Source: Marsupella aquatica (lineage: Eukaryota > Plantae > Marchantiophyta). Taken from it: a stretch of DNA of 64,000 nucleotides. Where the stretch lies: contig OZ316896.1 of NCBI GenBank assembly GCA_973895155.1, positions 19,952,754-20,016,753 of the forward strand, given 5' to 3'. Below are positions 1-11,900 of the stretch, one piece after another. The position numbers and the translations under genes are program-made. The notes beneath the pieces are model-generated. The model did no database searches. It saw only the letters and a program-made list of their open reading frames with translations, and was not told the DNA's origin. The stretch's first letter is position 1. Each line of letters opens with the position of its first letter.

Positions 1-2888
1 GCCTTTAGCCTGAAGTGAGTTGGATGCAGACATGGCTTGGAGCGAAGAACCCACTTAGCAGACAAAGCACGTTTACCTGGTGGAAGTGGAACCAGATCCC
101 ATGTGCCCATCTTGATGAGCGCATCAAATTCCTCCTTCATAGCTGCTCGCCATAGGGGATGGGCAAGAGCTTCGGTAACACTGATGTCGTCAGACTCAGG
201 TTGAGAGGATTCCACAAGGAATGTGTCAAGCTGATCAGCCCGATTGGTCATGTCATAGTCGTTATGCCAAGATGGAGGGCGTCTGACACGGAGAGAATGA
301 CGAGTGGTAGGAGCATGAGAGTCGGGGAGCTCGGTGTAGTCAGGAATCTCGATGTCAGCATCCGGAGGCACAGGCGGAACGAGCTCAACACCGTTAGGGG
401 CAGCGACAGAGTTGTCATCAGTTGGGGCAGCAGCAGAGTTGTCGATGGTAGCTACCCCCTCTTGGTCAGGAGGACCAACAAAAGGTTCACCAAGCAAGTG
501 TTGAAAGATCTTGGTGACAGCAGCATGATTAGAGGGGAAGTCCCCACGGATAGACTCATGAATGCTAACATTGGAGGCAATGATAATACGCCTTCGAGAG
601 GGGTCATAGCAACGATATGCTTTAGATTGTTCATCGTATCCTAGCAGGACAGTCTGGAGGGTCTTGGCGCTGAGTTTAGTGCGTAAGTGAGGAGGAACAA
701 GAACATAAGCAAGGCTGCCAATAACACGGAGATGTGAAAGATCTGGTTTCTTACCGTGTAAAGCTTCGAATGGGGTTTGCAGGTGAAGTGCCCGAGTGCC
801 GCAACGATTTTGTGTATAGTTAGCAGTGCGAACAGCTTCAGTCCATAAGGAGATGGGAATATTAGAGCTGAGGAGAATGCTCCTGGTGCCCTCAAGGAGG
901 GTACGATTTTTTCGTTCGGCCACTCCATTCTGATGAGGTGTGCGAGCCACGGTCAGCTGACGACGGATGCCGTGTTGTCGACAGAAGGCACGAAATTCGG
1001 TGGATAGGTACTCACCTCCGCGATCGGAACGGAGACATGAGATCGGAAGCGAGAATTGCTTCTCGACAAGAAGCTTGAATTCCTGGAAACGTTGGAAAGT
1101 TTCGGCTTTACTAGAAAGGAAATAAACCCAGGTAAATCGAGAGAAGTCATCTATAAACGTGAGTATGTATTTTTGAGATGTGGAGACAGGAAAAGGACCA
1201 CAAAGGTCAGAGTGAATAATCTCCAAAGGGCGAGAAGTACGAGTAGCAGACGACTTGGGTGTCTTGTCGCGATGATGTTTGGCGACAGTACAAGTTTCAC
1301 AAGACCGTTTGACTCTCGGTAAAGATGGAAGACCGAGAGCAAGACCGCGATGAGACATATGGTGGACCATTTGAAAGTTCACGTGACACAGACGTCGGTG
1401 CCATAGATCGACAGGACAGTCTGAGGGAGAAGATTCAACACTAAGTACAGGTGCAGATTGAGATAGAACCCGAGGTAGTAGGCGGGAGGAGGTTGATGAG
1501 GGTGGAATAGATGGGAGAGACTGGGTTAACCGATATAGATGATTTGCGGGGTCCCTAGTGCCGCGGAGAAAGATTTTGTGAGGGTTATCTTTGTCGAATA
1601 CAAGGCAGGACTTGGAATTAAACATAACATTATGACCAGCATCAGTGAGATTACCTACGGACATAAGATTACGACAAAGACCGGGCACATAGAGAACATT
1701 GCGGACTGTTTTATTTGTATCAATGTTGACAGTACCGTGTCCAGCAACAGGAAGTTTGGTACCACTTGCAGTGGCGACCGATCCTGAGCTAGTAGACGGA
1801 TTTAGTCCAGAGAAGACAGACTTGTCGCCAGAGACATGGACACTAGCTCCTGAGTCTAAGATCCAATTACTAGATTCGCGACTAGGAAGAATCTCAGTGA
1901 AATTGGCTTCAAGAGCAGTGTTACTGGGTTCGCCTTCGCCTTCTTCTTCCTCTTCGTAGAAATCTTCGTCCTCATGAGAGATCTCAGCAACGTTGGCTTG
2001 AGGACGAAAGCGTCGTAAGCCAGCAGCTTTAAGTTGTAGCTGAGCAATCTGCTCATCCACCTTCTTGAGATCGCAGTCAGCCTCCCAATGTCCAGGTTTG
2101 CCGCAGTAGTTGCAGGTGGTGTTGCGGCGGATCCCACGTCCTCCTGCAGCACGAGAGTAAGAGGGATAGCGAGGAGGGTCAGAGAAGGAAGGCCGAGGCT
2201 GAAACCTTCCACGACCACGGCCATTTGGTCTGGTAAACCGAGTGACCGACAGTGCCTCTTCAACAGGTTCGCGCTGAGAGTTCTTCTTCCAGAGTTCTTC
2301 AGCCTGCATACGCTCAATGAGAGTGGAAAACTGAGGAGGAGGGTTGCGAGAGAGGTCAGAAGAAAAAACAGACACGAAAGAACCCCAGCTAGGGGGGAGT
2401 CCACGAAGGACCAGGTGAATCAGTTTGTCGTCGGCAACTTCAGCATCAATGTTGCTCAGTTGGCCAGCAATATTGTTAACGTTGTTGATGAAGTCTTCCA
2501 CAGAGGTGCCGTCAGACATGCGAATGTCTGCAAGCTTCTGTTCCAGCATTAATCGTCTCTGCACAAGAGCACCACCAAATCGTTGTTGGAAGTGGTCCCA
2601 GCACTTGGCTGGGTCATCTGAGTACTTATCAACTGTCGGCAGGTATTTTGCTTTCACTGTAGTAGCGAGAATCGAAGTGGCCCGTACTTTCTTCTTTTCA
2701 ATCTCACGTGCAGTGAGATGAGCTCCGCCATCTTGGACTTGACCATTGGCATCAGGCTTGACGCCAAAGTTGAGCTCAGTGAAGAGTTCATCACGTTTCA
2801 GCATATTCTTGACGAGGATGGTCCACGCTAAATGATTGTTGGATCCTTCTAATTTGTCACTCTCAGAAAAACACTTTAACAATTCCAT
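1..2888 (-). CDS. copia gag-pol polyprotein (partial, runs off the left edge)
   Basis: ATG at 2888 (MELLKCFSESDKLEGSNNHLAW). Motifs: zinc knuckle CNYCGKPGHWEADC (~2075-2115), protease WILDSGASVH (~1835-1866), LWHRRLCH, integrase HSDLCGP / IDDFSRFTW / RSDRGGEY / HQNGVAERKNR, and RT start WRAAMKEEFDALIKMGTWDLVPLP...KWV...RLKA. The RT is in the same frame as the ATG. Confidence 0.92.
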   Translation of the reverse strand, partial: MELLKCFSESDKLEGSNNHLAWTILVKNMLKRDELFTELNFGVKPDANGQVQDGGAHLTAREIEKKKVRATSILATTVKAKYLPTVDKYSDDPAKCWDHFQQRFGGALVQRRLMLEQKLADIRMSDGTSVEDFINNVNNIAGQLSNIDAEVADDKLIHLVLRGLPPSWGSFVSVFSSDLSRNPPPQFSTLIERMQAEELWKKNSQREPVEEALSVTRFTRPNGRGRGRFQPRPSFSDPPRYPSYSRAAGGRGIRRNTTCNYCGKPGHWEADCDLKKVDEQIAQLQLKAAGLRRFRPQANVAEISHEDEDFYEEEEEGEGEPSNTALEANFTEILPSRESSNWILDSGASVHVSGDKSVFSGLNPSTSSGSVATASGTKLPVAGHGTVNIDTNKTVRNVLYVPGLCRNLMSVGNLTDAGHNVMFNSKSCLVFDKDNPHKIFLRGTRDPANHLYRLTQSLPSIPPSSTSSRLLPRVLSQSAPVLSVESSPSDCPVDLWHRRLCHVNFQMVHHMSHRGLALGLPSLPRVKRSCETCTVAKHHRDKTPKSSATRTSRPLEIIHSDLCGPFPVSTSQKYILTFIDDFSRFTWVYFLSSKAETFQRFQEFKLLVEKQFSLPISCLRSDRGGEYLSTEFRAFCRQHGIRRQLTVARTPHQNGVAERKNRTLLEGTRSILLSSNIPISLWTEAVRTANYTQNRCGTRALHLQTPFEALHGKKPDLSHLRVIGSLAYVLVPPHLRTKLSAKTLQTVLLGYDEQSKAYRCYDPSRRRIIIASNVSIHESIRGDFPSNHAAVTKIFQHLLGEPFVGPPDQEGVATIDNSAAAPTDDNSVAAPNGVELVPPVPPDADIEIPDYTELPDSHAPTTRHSLRVRRPPSWHNDYDMTNRADQLDTFLVESSQPESDDISVTEALAHPLWRAAMKEEFDALIKMGTWDLVPLPPGKRALSAKWVLRSKPCLHPTHFRLK

Positions 2889-3048
2889 GTCTGAATGACA
2901 CGATCTGTCGCTACAGTCTGTGCTATGAGGAACTTTCACTCAGGACTACTGTCGCGACTTCAGATGCAGGAGTAAGAGGCCAGGGAACTTTTCTACCTGG
3001 ATTACTACGCCTCTACTAATCTAATCTATTGAGAGTGAGCAGAGCTGC

Positions 3049-3060
3049 GCTCTGATACCA
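3049..3060 (-). promoter_or_regulatory. primer binding site complementary to tRNA-iMet
   Basis: Plus strand GCTCTGATACCA reads TGGTATCAGAGC on minus, directly inside the LTR end. Confidence 0.93.
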
Positions 3061-3271
3061 TGTTGAAAATGTGAACATACCATAATATGAACTAAAGGTG
3101 CAGAGACGATGAACCAATAAGTAGCGGCAGCTGCAGCCGGGAAGGAAGGGAATCAACGTCCAGGAGAGAGACCCTAAATCCGACAGCAGAGAGAGAGCCC
3201 AATAAATACGCGCTACACGACAAGATCAGATCTTCCTCGTAACGGCAGGAACTTTCTACAAAGTTCCAACA
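3061..3271 (-). repeat. 5' LTR (~211 bp)
   Basis: TGTTG...CAACA termini next to the PBS; the outer boundary is inferred from the terminal inverted repeat only. Confidence 0.75.
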
Positions 3272-3426
3272 TGTAGGAGACAAAGCTCATGAAACTGGCT
3301 ATCTCTGGGGCTGTCTCGGTCACTTGCTCCGTGTGATTGTGGGTGACATAAACGATTTTACATCTACCTAGAAGATTTCGCATGTTAGACTCTGGCTAAA
3401 GGTTTTAGATCTCCCTGTCAGGGCTA

Positions 3427-3655
3427 CTTTAGCAGACGCGCTATCTGTCCTTTGAGACCACTCATATCCTTTAAGCATTTCTCCGCCCCAGTTTCGCACT
3501 GTACTTGGTTTTTACTTCACCAAATTACCCGCCCTCCATCTCTATGTCGCAGTGGGCGACTTTAGCAGACGCCTCGATCTATTATTTGAGACCACTCAGA
3601 TTATCCTAGAGCATTTCTCCTCCCCAATGTCGCACTGTGCTTGGTTTTTACTTCT
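3427..3655. repeat. local direct duplication (~95 bp, 2 copies)
   Basis: ctttagcagacgc...tttgagaccactca...gcatttctcc...tcgcactgt.cttggtttttactt occurs at ~3427 and ~3560. Confidence 0.75.
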
Positions 3656-5934
3656 CACTAAAGTTGCCTTTCAAGACAAAACCTCAACAAAAACCATTAA
3701 ATTTAGCGGTCGAGTCTTTAGTTTGAGCTACCTACGTACTCGTTGCTCGTGTCGTATGAACTGTAGGTACTAGGGGAATTCCAAAGGTTGTTAAAGCAGA
3801 CACAAAGTACGACGGGAGCAGCTGCTTCCGATCCATTGCTGCAGGGTTTAGATCGATAGGGAGGGCTATGGCGGTCGATCACTGTACTCACATGGCAAAT
3901 GTCTCGATCGATAGCGCTCAAAGCTGTATGCACGATGATCGATGGCTGATGACGGGTATCCAAGTTACTTTCAGTACTCCACATGAATCGCATCGTAGAG
4001 CAGGTCATGCTGCCTTGGAATCTAAGTCACTGCGACTGAGACACCCAGTGCAGCGACGACTGACCTCAGGGCAAAAAAGACCGTAATTGACTTAAAATCA
4101 GAAGGAAAACCTCTTAGGTTTCAATTCGAGGCCATACACAATCATACCGAGGACACGCTAGACTAGTATTCGCTGTCCATGTCCCCGGTCCATCATGACT
4201 GTGCATCAAGTGGAAGTATACTCTAGCTGGAATTGGGATCGATGGAGTCGATAAAGACTACGAGCCTCACATTCTCTTGTTGACGGGGAGAAGCATGTGC
4301 GCATGTACGTAAGCCTCAGCGCCTGGAAAGGACAGAGACGTGCATGTGAAAACACACACTTTGAACACTTTACAGGATCATGGAGCTACTACACCTGATT
4401 GTGAATGCACAAGAACCTTATGCCCTTCGAGTCTAGCTTGATCATTTGCATGGTCGTGAGGCGTATATAAATACCTGTTCACCACTTGGGCAGATATCGA
4501 AAAGTTCTAGCTGGAAGAGCAGCTCCACATGCACAGCCAATCTGTGAAAAAAAACAATATCAGATCTAGATCGTGCAGCGCGCCCTCTATCCATCCTTAA
4601 TTTTTTGGTCCTGATGAGTTGCTTTCGGTAATCTCGTCTCTCTGTTTGATTTTGTTTGCATTTCTAACAGTCTGTCTTTGATGTGCATGAACTGTCGCAG
4701 TTTAATTTGATCAAGTTAGACTCGTAACCTTAACATCTGTCATAACTCTCTATTGAATCCAGGTATACGTAGTGGAATGGTTTAATTCGGTTGAATTGCG
4801 GTGACTGCACTCAAAACAGGTTTGATCTAGAAGCTAGTTTCAAACGAAGCTAATTGGTCCTTCTGCTTGTACTTCGGACCTTACTGAGAAAAATCTGTGT
4901 GACGGCCTATCCTTCTTCATGTTATATATCTAACCCTGCCAAAGCCGAACAGATTATGTACTTGCAATGTTTATACATCTTAGTGGAGCTCTCTCTAGCA
5001 CATCTTCGATCATGGGCCAACTGTACGTGCTGCAGGAAACCGACCTAAAGGTACACTCAGTGTATGACCCATATAGGCCCACCGAATGATCGAGGGCCCG
5101 GGTAACAGCAATCTATGTAGGCTCGTTCTTAGTAACATTGTATCGCGACTTTTACAGATACTCACCACTGTGCTTGGAGAAGTACACAACCTTTTGCTTT
5201 CCATAGACAATTTGTAAAGTACTAAAGAATTTCGAGTGTGCTCTTTGCATATATCTTTGCATACATGCTATCGGTCTTAAATGGTGTCGGGATTCGGACT
5301 CGCATGCTTCATGCATGCCTACTGTCAGAGATGGGGCACCGATGATCGACCAGTTCGCCAAGCTCAAGTTGGTATTTGAAGGTGTAGCCTCATAGCTGAT
5401 CATAAATTCAAGGGAGAAGAATCCTCGGCTCTACCTTGAACAACGTTCCAAGCCAGGGAGCAATCTTGTCTAGACAGCGGTTGATATGCATTGAATCATG
5501 CAACAATCTATTACAAGACTACCCGCGTACCCATAGCTAGCTTCCAGGTCTAGCAATTCTTCTTCTCACCACTAGCTTCCACTTCAGAGGCCGGGAATTG
5601 AAATCAACGCTGGGCATCTCATACTGAAAGTTTGCCATTCCCCGACCCTGCTGTTGTGAACAGGGCACCTGAAGAGCCCAGTGGGGGATATATAACTGAA
5701 AGACTTGCACAGAGTGGTTATTAAATGAGTACCTCTACCATGGCAGTTATGAACAAGAGGTAATCCGAATTTTGACATAATAATAGCGCTGCTTACAATG
5801 CTTTCTAATTATCTGAACTTCAATCGTGACAAATTGCAAAGAATCAATTCGATCAAAATGATGCTCGGAAATGAGGATTTCTAGCTGAATGAGTATCCTA
5901 CTCGAGGGAGTATTTCTAGAGCGCTGCATTGGAA

Positions 5935-8900
5935 ATGGTGTTTATTTGTTTTGCATCTAACTTGGTCATTTTCCGATCACAAAGAGATATTTCCGAAAGT
6001 ACGCGGAGGGTATTAGCATTATCTGGCCTCCTCTTCGTCCTCATCGTGGGCTGCGACTGCTGCAATGGTAACGAGGAACGAACCAATCTCTCTGTGTGGT
6101 ATGACCACCGAGCCCTTCTCATCGATGGACAGCGTAGTTTCCTCATCTCCGGTTCCATTCACTATCCGCGAAGCACTCCTCAGGTCTACGTCCTTACTCG
6201 TAGATATTATAATAGTTGTCATATGTTTATAGAAGATTGAGTGAAGCTTGTGATATTGCTTAATATGCCAGTTCAAGGTTTCACGAAAAGTTTTTGTGAA
6301 ATAACTTCCCGCGTAATTTGCTTATCTTTCCGTAATTGATTGGATAGCTTTGCATTCGCCTCCAGGGGTACAAAAACAATTACGAAATTTTGCTTGTAGT
6401 GCCTCTAGATATATGTAGCTTTGACAAATTCTGTGCAGATGTGGCCCAAGATAATCGACCTTGCCAAAGAGGGAGGGCTTGATGTTATTCAAACCTACGT
6501 CTTTTGGGACGGCCATGAGCGGCAAAGAGGACAGGTGAGCATCTGTTTCTGATTGCTGGCCTGAATTCCAACTGATTGAAGAAGTTTTAGTTCCGGTTTT
6601 AGTTCAGTCTTCGAAAGCCTACAGAATCACTATCTGCACCAGAAGTCCCTCTAATCGATCATAGGCATAAAGCTGGAAGAACCTTGATTGTATACACTCA
6701 GTGAAATTAAACCGAATATTTTAGTACACCGGTCTGGATTCTTCCATCGCATGTCTGGATTTCTAACCGGTCATCCGGCCAGATCGTGAAGCTCAGCTTA
6801 GAGATACTTTAGTAAACCGGTTGGATATTAGTACACATGTCCGGTGCTATCCAGATCATTCATACCACATAAAATTAAATGCAGCTGATCGAGCTTCTTG
6901 AGTTCGCCCGTCGCTTCAGTTCTTAATCCCTATCTGTGGAGTTGCTTGGATGCACGTACCTGCAGTACTATTTTGGAGGAAGGTATAATCTTGTTCGTTT
7001 CATCAAAGACGTCCACAAAGCCGGCCTCTACGTTAACCTACGAATCGGCCCTTACATAAGCGCGGAATGGAATTTCGGGTGAGCGTAGTCGAGTGCTAGC
7101 TTTCTACATAATTTTACCTCCGTTCATTAAGCATATATATCTACTTTAACTATCTGCACTCTCCCTCTTCCATGTTGGGTTCCACATGAAAGATGTTACG
7201 TCAATTCCGTGGTATTCGAGGAGACTATATATATCAAACACATGAAAGCTAACGCTAGATCGAGGAGCGTTTGCAACAATGAGTTGATTGTATATCTAGT
7301 TGACTAGATGCTATAATTAGACTTCGTGAACACTTCCGATGAACATTTGTCTAGCTAGATATATATCGAAAAGTGCTTTTCGTTGAGATGCCAAGAACTG
7401 AGCCTGCTGATCACAAGTTTTACTTTAGCCAATGAATCGAATCCTTACCAGCAGTCATATATATGTAAAACCAGAAAGTATGTAGCTTGGCGAATTTCAC
7501 TTCGCCTCTGTCTTGACTAGTATCGAATTTTCCCTTGTTCTGTTAATTTCGTTGCAGGGGCTTTCCAGAATGGCTGCGTGAAATCCCTGGTATTGAGTTC
7601 CGGACAAACAATGAACCTTTCAAGGTGCAGAACATCCTTGTCATAAGGTTCACACAGCCAAGTGGAAACTAGAAAATACCTGCATTATATTAGAGGATTA
7701 TACCATTATTTCATAGTGGAGTTGTACCTCGATTCAGCACAGCACAGATGAACTCTGTCTTGTTGCAAACAGTTAAATTGATCATGACGTACTGTCTGTC
7801 CTTCTTACTTGCAACAGGCAGAGATGAAGAGGTTCGTTTCATATATCGTTGAGAAGATGAAGAAACACAAGCTCTTTTACTGGCAAGGAGGTCCCATAAT
7901 CTTATCCCAGGTAAAACATTTATCTGTATATAACAACAACCTAATGTACCCCATGCCTTTAGTAAGCGCGTAGCGATCGAACATGAAGAAGCAGTTTTGA
8001 AAGACTGAGCAATTTGATGCAGGTGGAGAACGAGTACGGTATGATTGAAGCAGCTTACGGGCAGGCTGGCTTTGACTACGTGCTGTGGGCAGGAGCCATG
8101 GCGGTCGACCTCAATACGAGTGTGCCCTGGATAATGTGCAAGCAAACGAATGCCCCGGGCAGCATTGTAAGTCTGATCAAAGAATCTACAATTCTGTAAC
8201 TCAGCCTGAAGGTCGTAAATGCATGATCGAGAACTTCCATCTCAATCATGATGCAGATTGAGATTACAATGATGTGTTCTACTTCCGACTTACAAAACGA
8301 AGATTTAGATTATCACTTCCTACAATTAGTCTCCTGATCTATCACAAATTCAATCTAAGTTTTCAGATTGACACATGCAATGGATTCTACTGCGATGACT
8401 ATGAGCCAAACGCCTACGACAAGCCCAAGATGTGGACCGAGAATTGGACGGGCTGGTATGTGGAAGAATGTTTTATGGAAGTCACTGGTATAAATTCGCG
8501 CGTATGTGAGACCTAGATATCCTGCGTGACGTACAGCTCATTGATTTGTTGTGATAGATGTATATCAAGCTCAAGATGGAGATTCTATTCTTAAACCAAC
8601 CATCATTTCTGTGTACATGGCATTGAGTTGATCCAATTCGCAAACCAAATTGAAGGGTGCTTGAGCTTTTGTCATTATGTTTTTCGTAAATTCGCCCGTC
8701 CATTATGGATCGAGCTTGGTCATGCATGCAAAAACTACAATTGGGAGTACTCTGGGATGCAAGAGCAAGGTCTGAACATAGTACGCTCAATACTTTTTCT
8801 GTAGTGGTGAAAGTAGGCACGTAGATCTAAATCTATAAATTAAAGGGTCTCGCCTTGCATAATGTCTGCACATCAAAATCTTACCTTCGACAAAAAGTAA

Positions 8901-11900
8901 ATATTCTCCCCCTTTTTGGACAGGTTCCATTCCTGGGGAATGTATCGTCCACATCGTCCAGTGGAAGATATTGCTTATGCAACCGCCCGCTTCTTTCAAA
9001 AGGGAGGCAGCTTTGTGAACTACTACATGGTATAATCTGATTGTGTACAGTGATGAGCTCTTAATTCGTTTCCGTTCCAGTATCAAGTTGTCATTTTGAA
9101 AGAAACCGATTTTGTTATACGATGACTTGATCACGTGCTTACAGAGTCAATCACTGTCAGTGTGTAACTTCAGAAACCTTGTTTCCGTTTGTATTATTTA
9201 TCCTTACTGCAGTTTCTGTTGCCGTTGTATGGTCTTGATTAGTATCATGGAGGTACAAATTTTGGACGCACGGGAGCGACAGGGATGACAACCAGTTACG
9301 ATTACGATGCTCCAATCGACGAATATGGTCTCGATCCCCTATCTACAGCCTCAGCAATATAATCGTAGAACTACAAGAGTTCCTGTCTGCACTGCTTGTT
9401 GGGAATTAATCGATTTTTGATGCTTGCGCTCGTGAGTACGTGAAAGGATATAGCATTTAGTCTGAAAAGAAGAGCATAAATGTTCGTATCAGGGATACTG
9501 AGTGCTTTTCTGAGGAATTGCTGGTGATCGACGTACAGGGCAAGCGAGGCAGCCGAAGTGGGGTCATCTCAAGGCCTTGCATGCTGCATTAAAGCTTTGT
9601 GGACCAGCTCTAGCAGTGGTTGACGGAGAGGCCCGCCACTGGACTATTCCTGGCTTGGAATTAATAGAAGTGAGTACCTGTGTTACCGCTGAAGGTGTCT
9701 AGGTAGATTTTCCTAAGGTTCTAGATTTGAAGATTATCACCCGATTAATTGCTGCATATATATATTGGTGACTTTCCATTGTTCCAAGTATCGCAAATGG
9801 ACGACGGAATGCTATAATTATGTTCTAGTGTTCTTCAGTTTCACGAGTGAGATCATGAATGACTGTCACTTATGGCTTGACATTGTTCTTGAGCTCGCTT
9901 GCAAGCTGCGACACATACGGATAACTTATCTTACATGTCCCCAACTTTGAATTCAGCCTGGCTCTGATCTTAAAGATCGATGATCGACGTGCAGAGTAAT
10001 TGAATCTTCTGCAAGCAGTCTCTGGAGTGGGGCAGGGTCTGTTATTAGTATCGAGGCAACCTTTAGTTCTAGGCGTATCATTGTAGGGACCTATATATGT
10101 ATGCCACTTGGATGGCAGGGTCCACATCGCAAATTCTCTTAGTTACATTTAAAGATCGACGGGGATTTGCCCAATTTTTACCCTGTGCAATGGGCTGGCA
10201 TGCAGATACACGTCTACACAAACAATACTGAAGAGGATGAAGAGTATATATTTTCGCTTGAAACATCGCTGGCCAAAGATGGGTCGACCTCGGGGTCCAC
10301 GACAGTCTGTGCCTCATTTATATCTAACTCGGGCTTGACTGACGTGACTGTGGAATTTTTTGGGCAAACTTACAACGTACCTGCTTGGTCGGTCAGCATC
10401 CTACCGGATTGCAAGAATGTCATCTTCAATACAGCTAAGGTCAGCTTTATTTTTCCGTGCACACCTGGACTGATCGATGCGACTTGATGAACTCGCACGG
10501 ACGACTTCACAGCTTCACTGCATATGATCGAGATCAGAATCTAGCTAGTTTAATGTGCATAATAAGGTGGGGGAAACCGTGAGTGCAACCTGTTTTGTAT
10601 CACAACGTACTTTTCCACACGTGGATCTGCACAGATTTAGTTTTGGTTAGGATTCTTCATGCTCTATTTGAAGTTATACAGGAAGTTGATAGTCAGTGAA
10701 TTTGTTTCTTTAACATAGAATCCGCAGAAATGTATCATATGTTAACGAGTTATTCCCGTTAAATGCCATTTACAGCGAGGATTAGTTGCTGTCCTGTTCA
10801 GTCTTCTTATCAAATCTAAGGGGTGAAAATGATCATTGTACGTTGCATATATGTCAAACAGGTGGCAAATGAGACATCTATGATGGAGAAGTCGCAAACA
10901 CCAGCAACAGAATCTACAACGCCCTTTCCCAAATACTTAGAGACAAGTAAGTGGACCCGAGATGATAGAATTTCTTCGGAAGTCGAGGTTCCTGAAGACT
11001 CAGAGTCGAATGAAAGCAACTCCTCTGGCCCTGAACCTGAAGCTCTGAGCTGGAGTTCTGCTCAAGATGTTGTTGGCGTGTGGGGAATCGGCATTGTTCA
11101 CCAGGGGTTACTTGAGCAGATCAATACGACTCATGACAGGACGGACTATTTGTGGTATACTACCACGTAAGTGTACCGAGCTTCTGACGTACGTCGATCT
11201 GTATAGATTCATTGAGCTAGCTTGGTTAACATTTTAAGAGAGATGGACGATCTAGTAAACAGTGAAAGCCTGAACGTAAGTGATCAATCAGTTTGTATCT
11301 TAGTACTAAATCGCTACGGGAATAGCTATCGAGAGATCTCTAGGAGCTCTAACATACGTTTGTTTACGTATACTACATTAATTTGTGTGCAGTATCAACG
11401 TCCCAGAGCATTCAAACACGTCCACAAACCAAACAAATGGTGGAAGTGATGTAACTCGGCTGATTCTCGAGACTGTCCGGACAATCCTCTATGTTTTTGT
11501 CAACGGCAAATCTGCGGGCAAGTAAATTGGCTCTTGTATTGTAACTGTCAACTCAGTTATACATTAACATATATGAATGGTGATCCGACAAACAGACTTG
11601 TCGACTTCAGGCAGAACAACCTGGTCTGAGTAGTACGTACGTTTCGAAAGTTAACGATTTTAGTTATTCTCAATGTTTGCAGATGGATACCCAACCTCGG
11701 AAGGTCTGAGCGTTTCCCAACCGTTGGCTCTGAAGCCAGGAAACAACTCAATTGCTTTGCTGTCCAGTTTACCCGGCCTCTGGTACGCTGGACCTTTCTT
11801 CGACAAAGAAGTCGGAGGTTTGAGTGGGTCAGTAATTTTGCAGGGCGTCCCCAATGTTGGTGATATAAATCTCACAGAGTTCCAATGGGTCCATCAGGTC

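Larger units (their letters stand above)
1..3271 (-). mobile_element. Ty1/copia LTR retrotransposon, 5' part (3' part lies outside the window)
   Basis: 5' LTR 3061-3271 (TGTTG...CAACA), adjacent PBS TGGTATCAGAGC, and copia domain order gag-protease-integrase-RT on the minus strand. Confidence 0.95.

Noticed and set aside
159-2721. Plus-strand and off-frame ORFs of 60-180 aa over the retrotransposon
   Set aside because: Antisense or alternate-frame shadows of the copia gag-pol; no independent motifs.
6001-6003. ACG start explained by C-to-U RNA editing
   Set aside because: That editing is known for plant organellar transcripts; this is a spliceosomal-intron nuclear gene, so there is no support.
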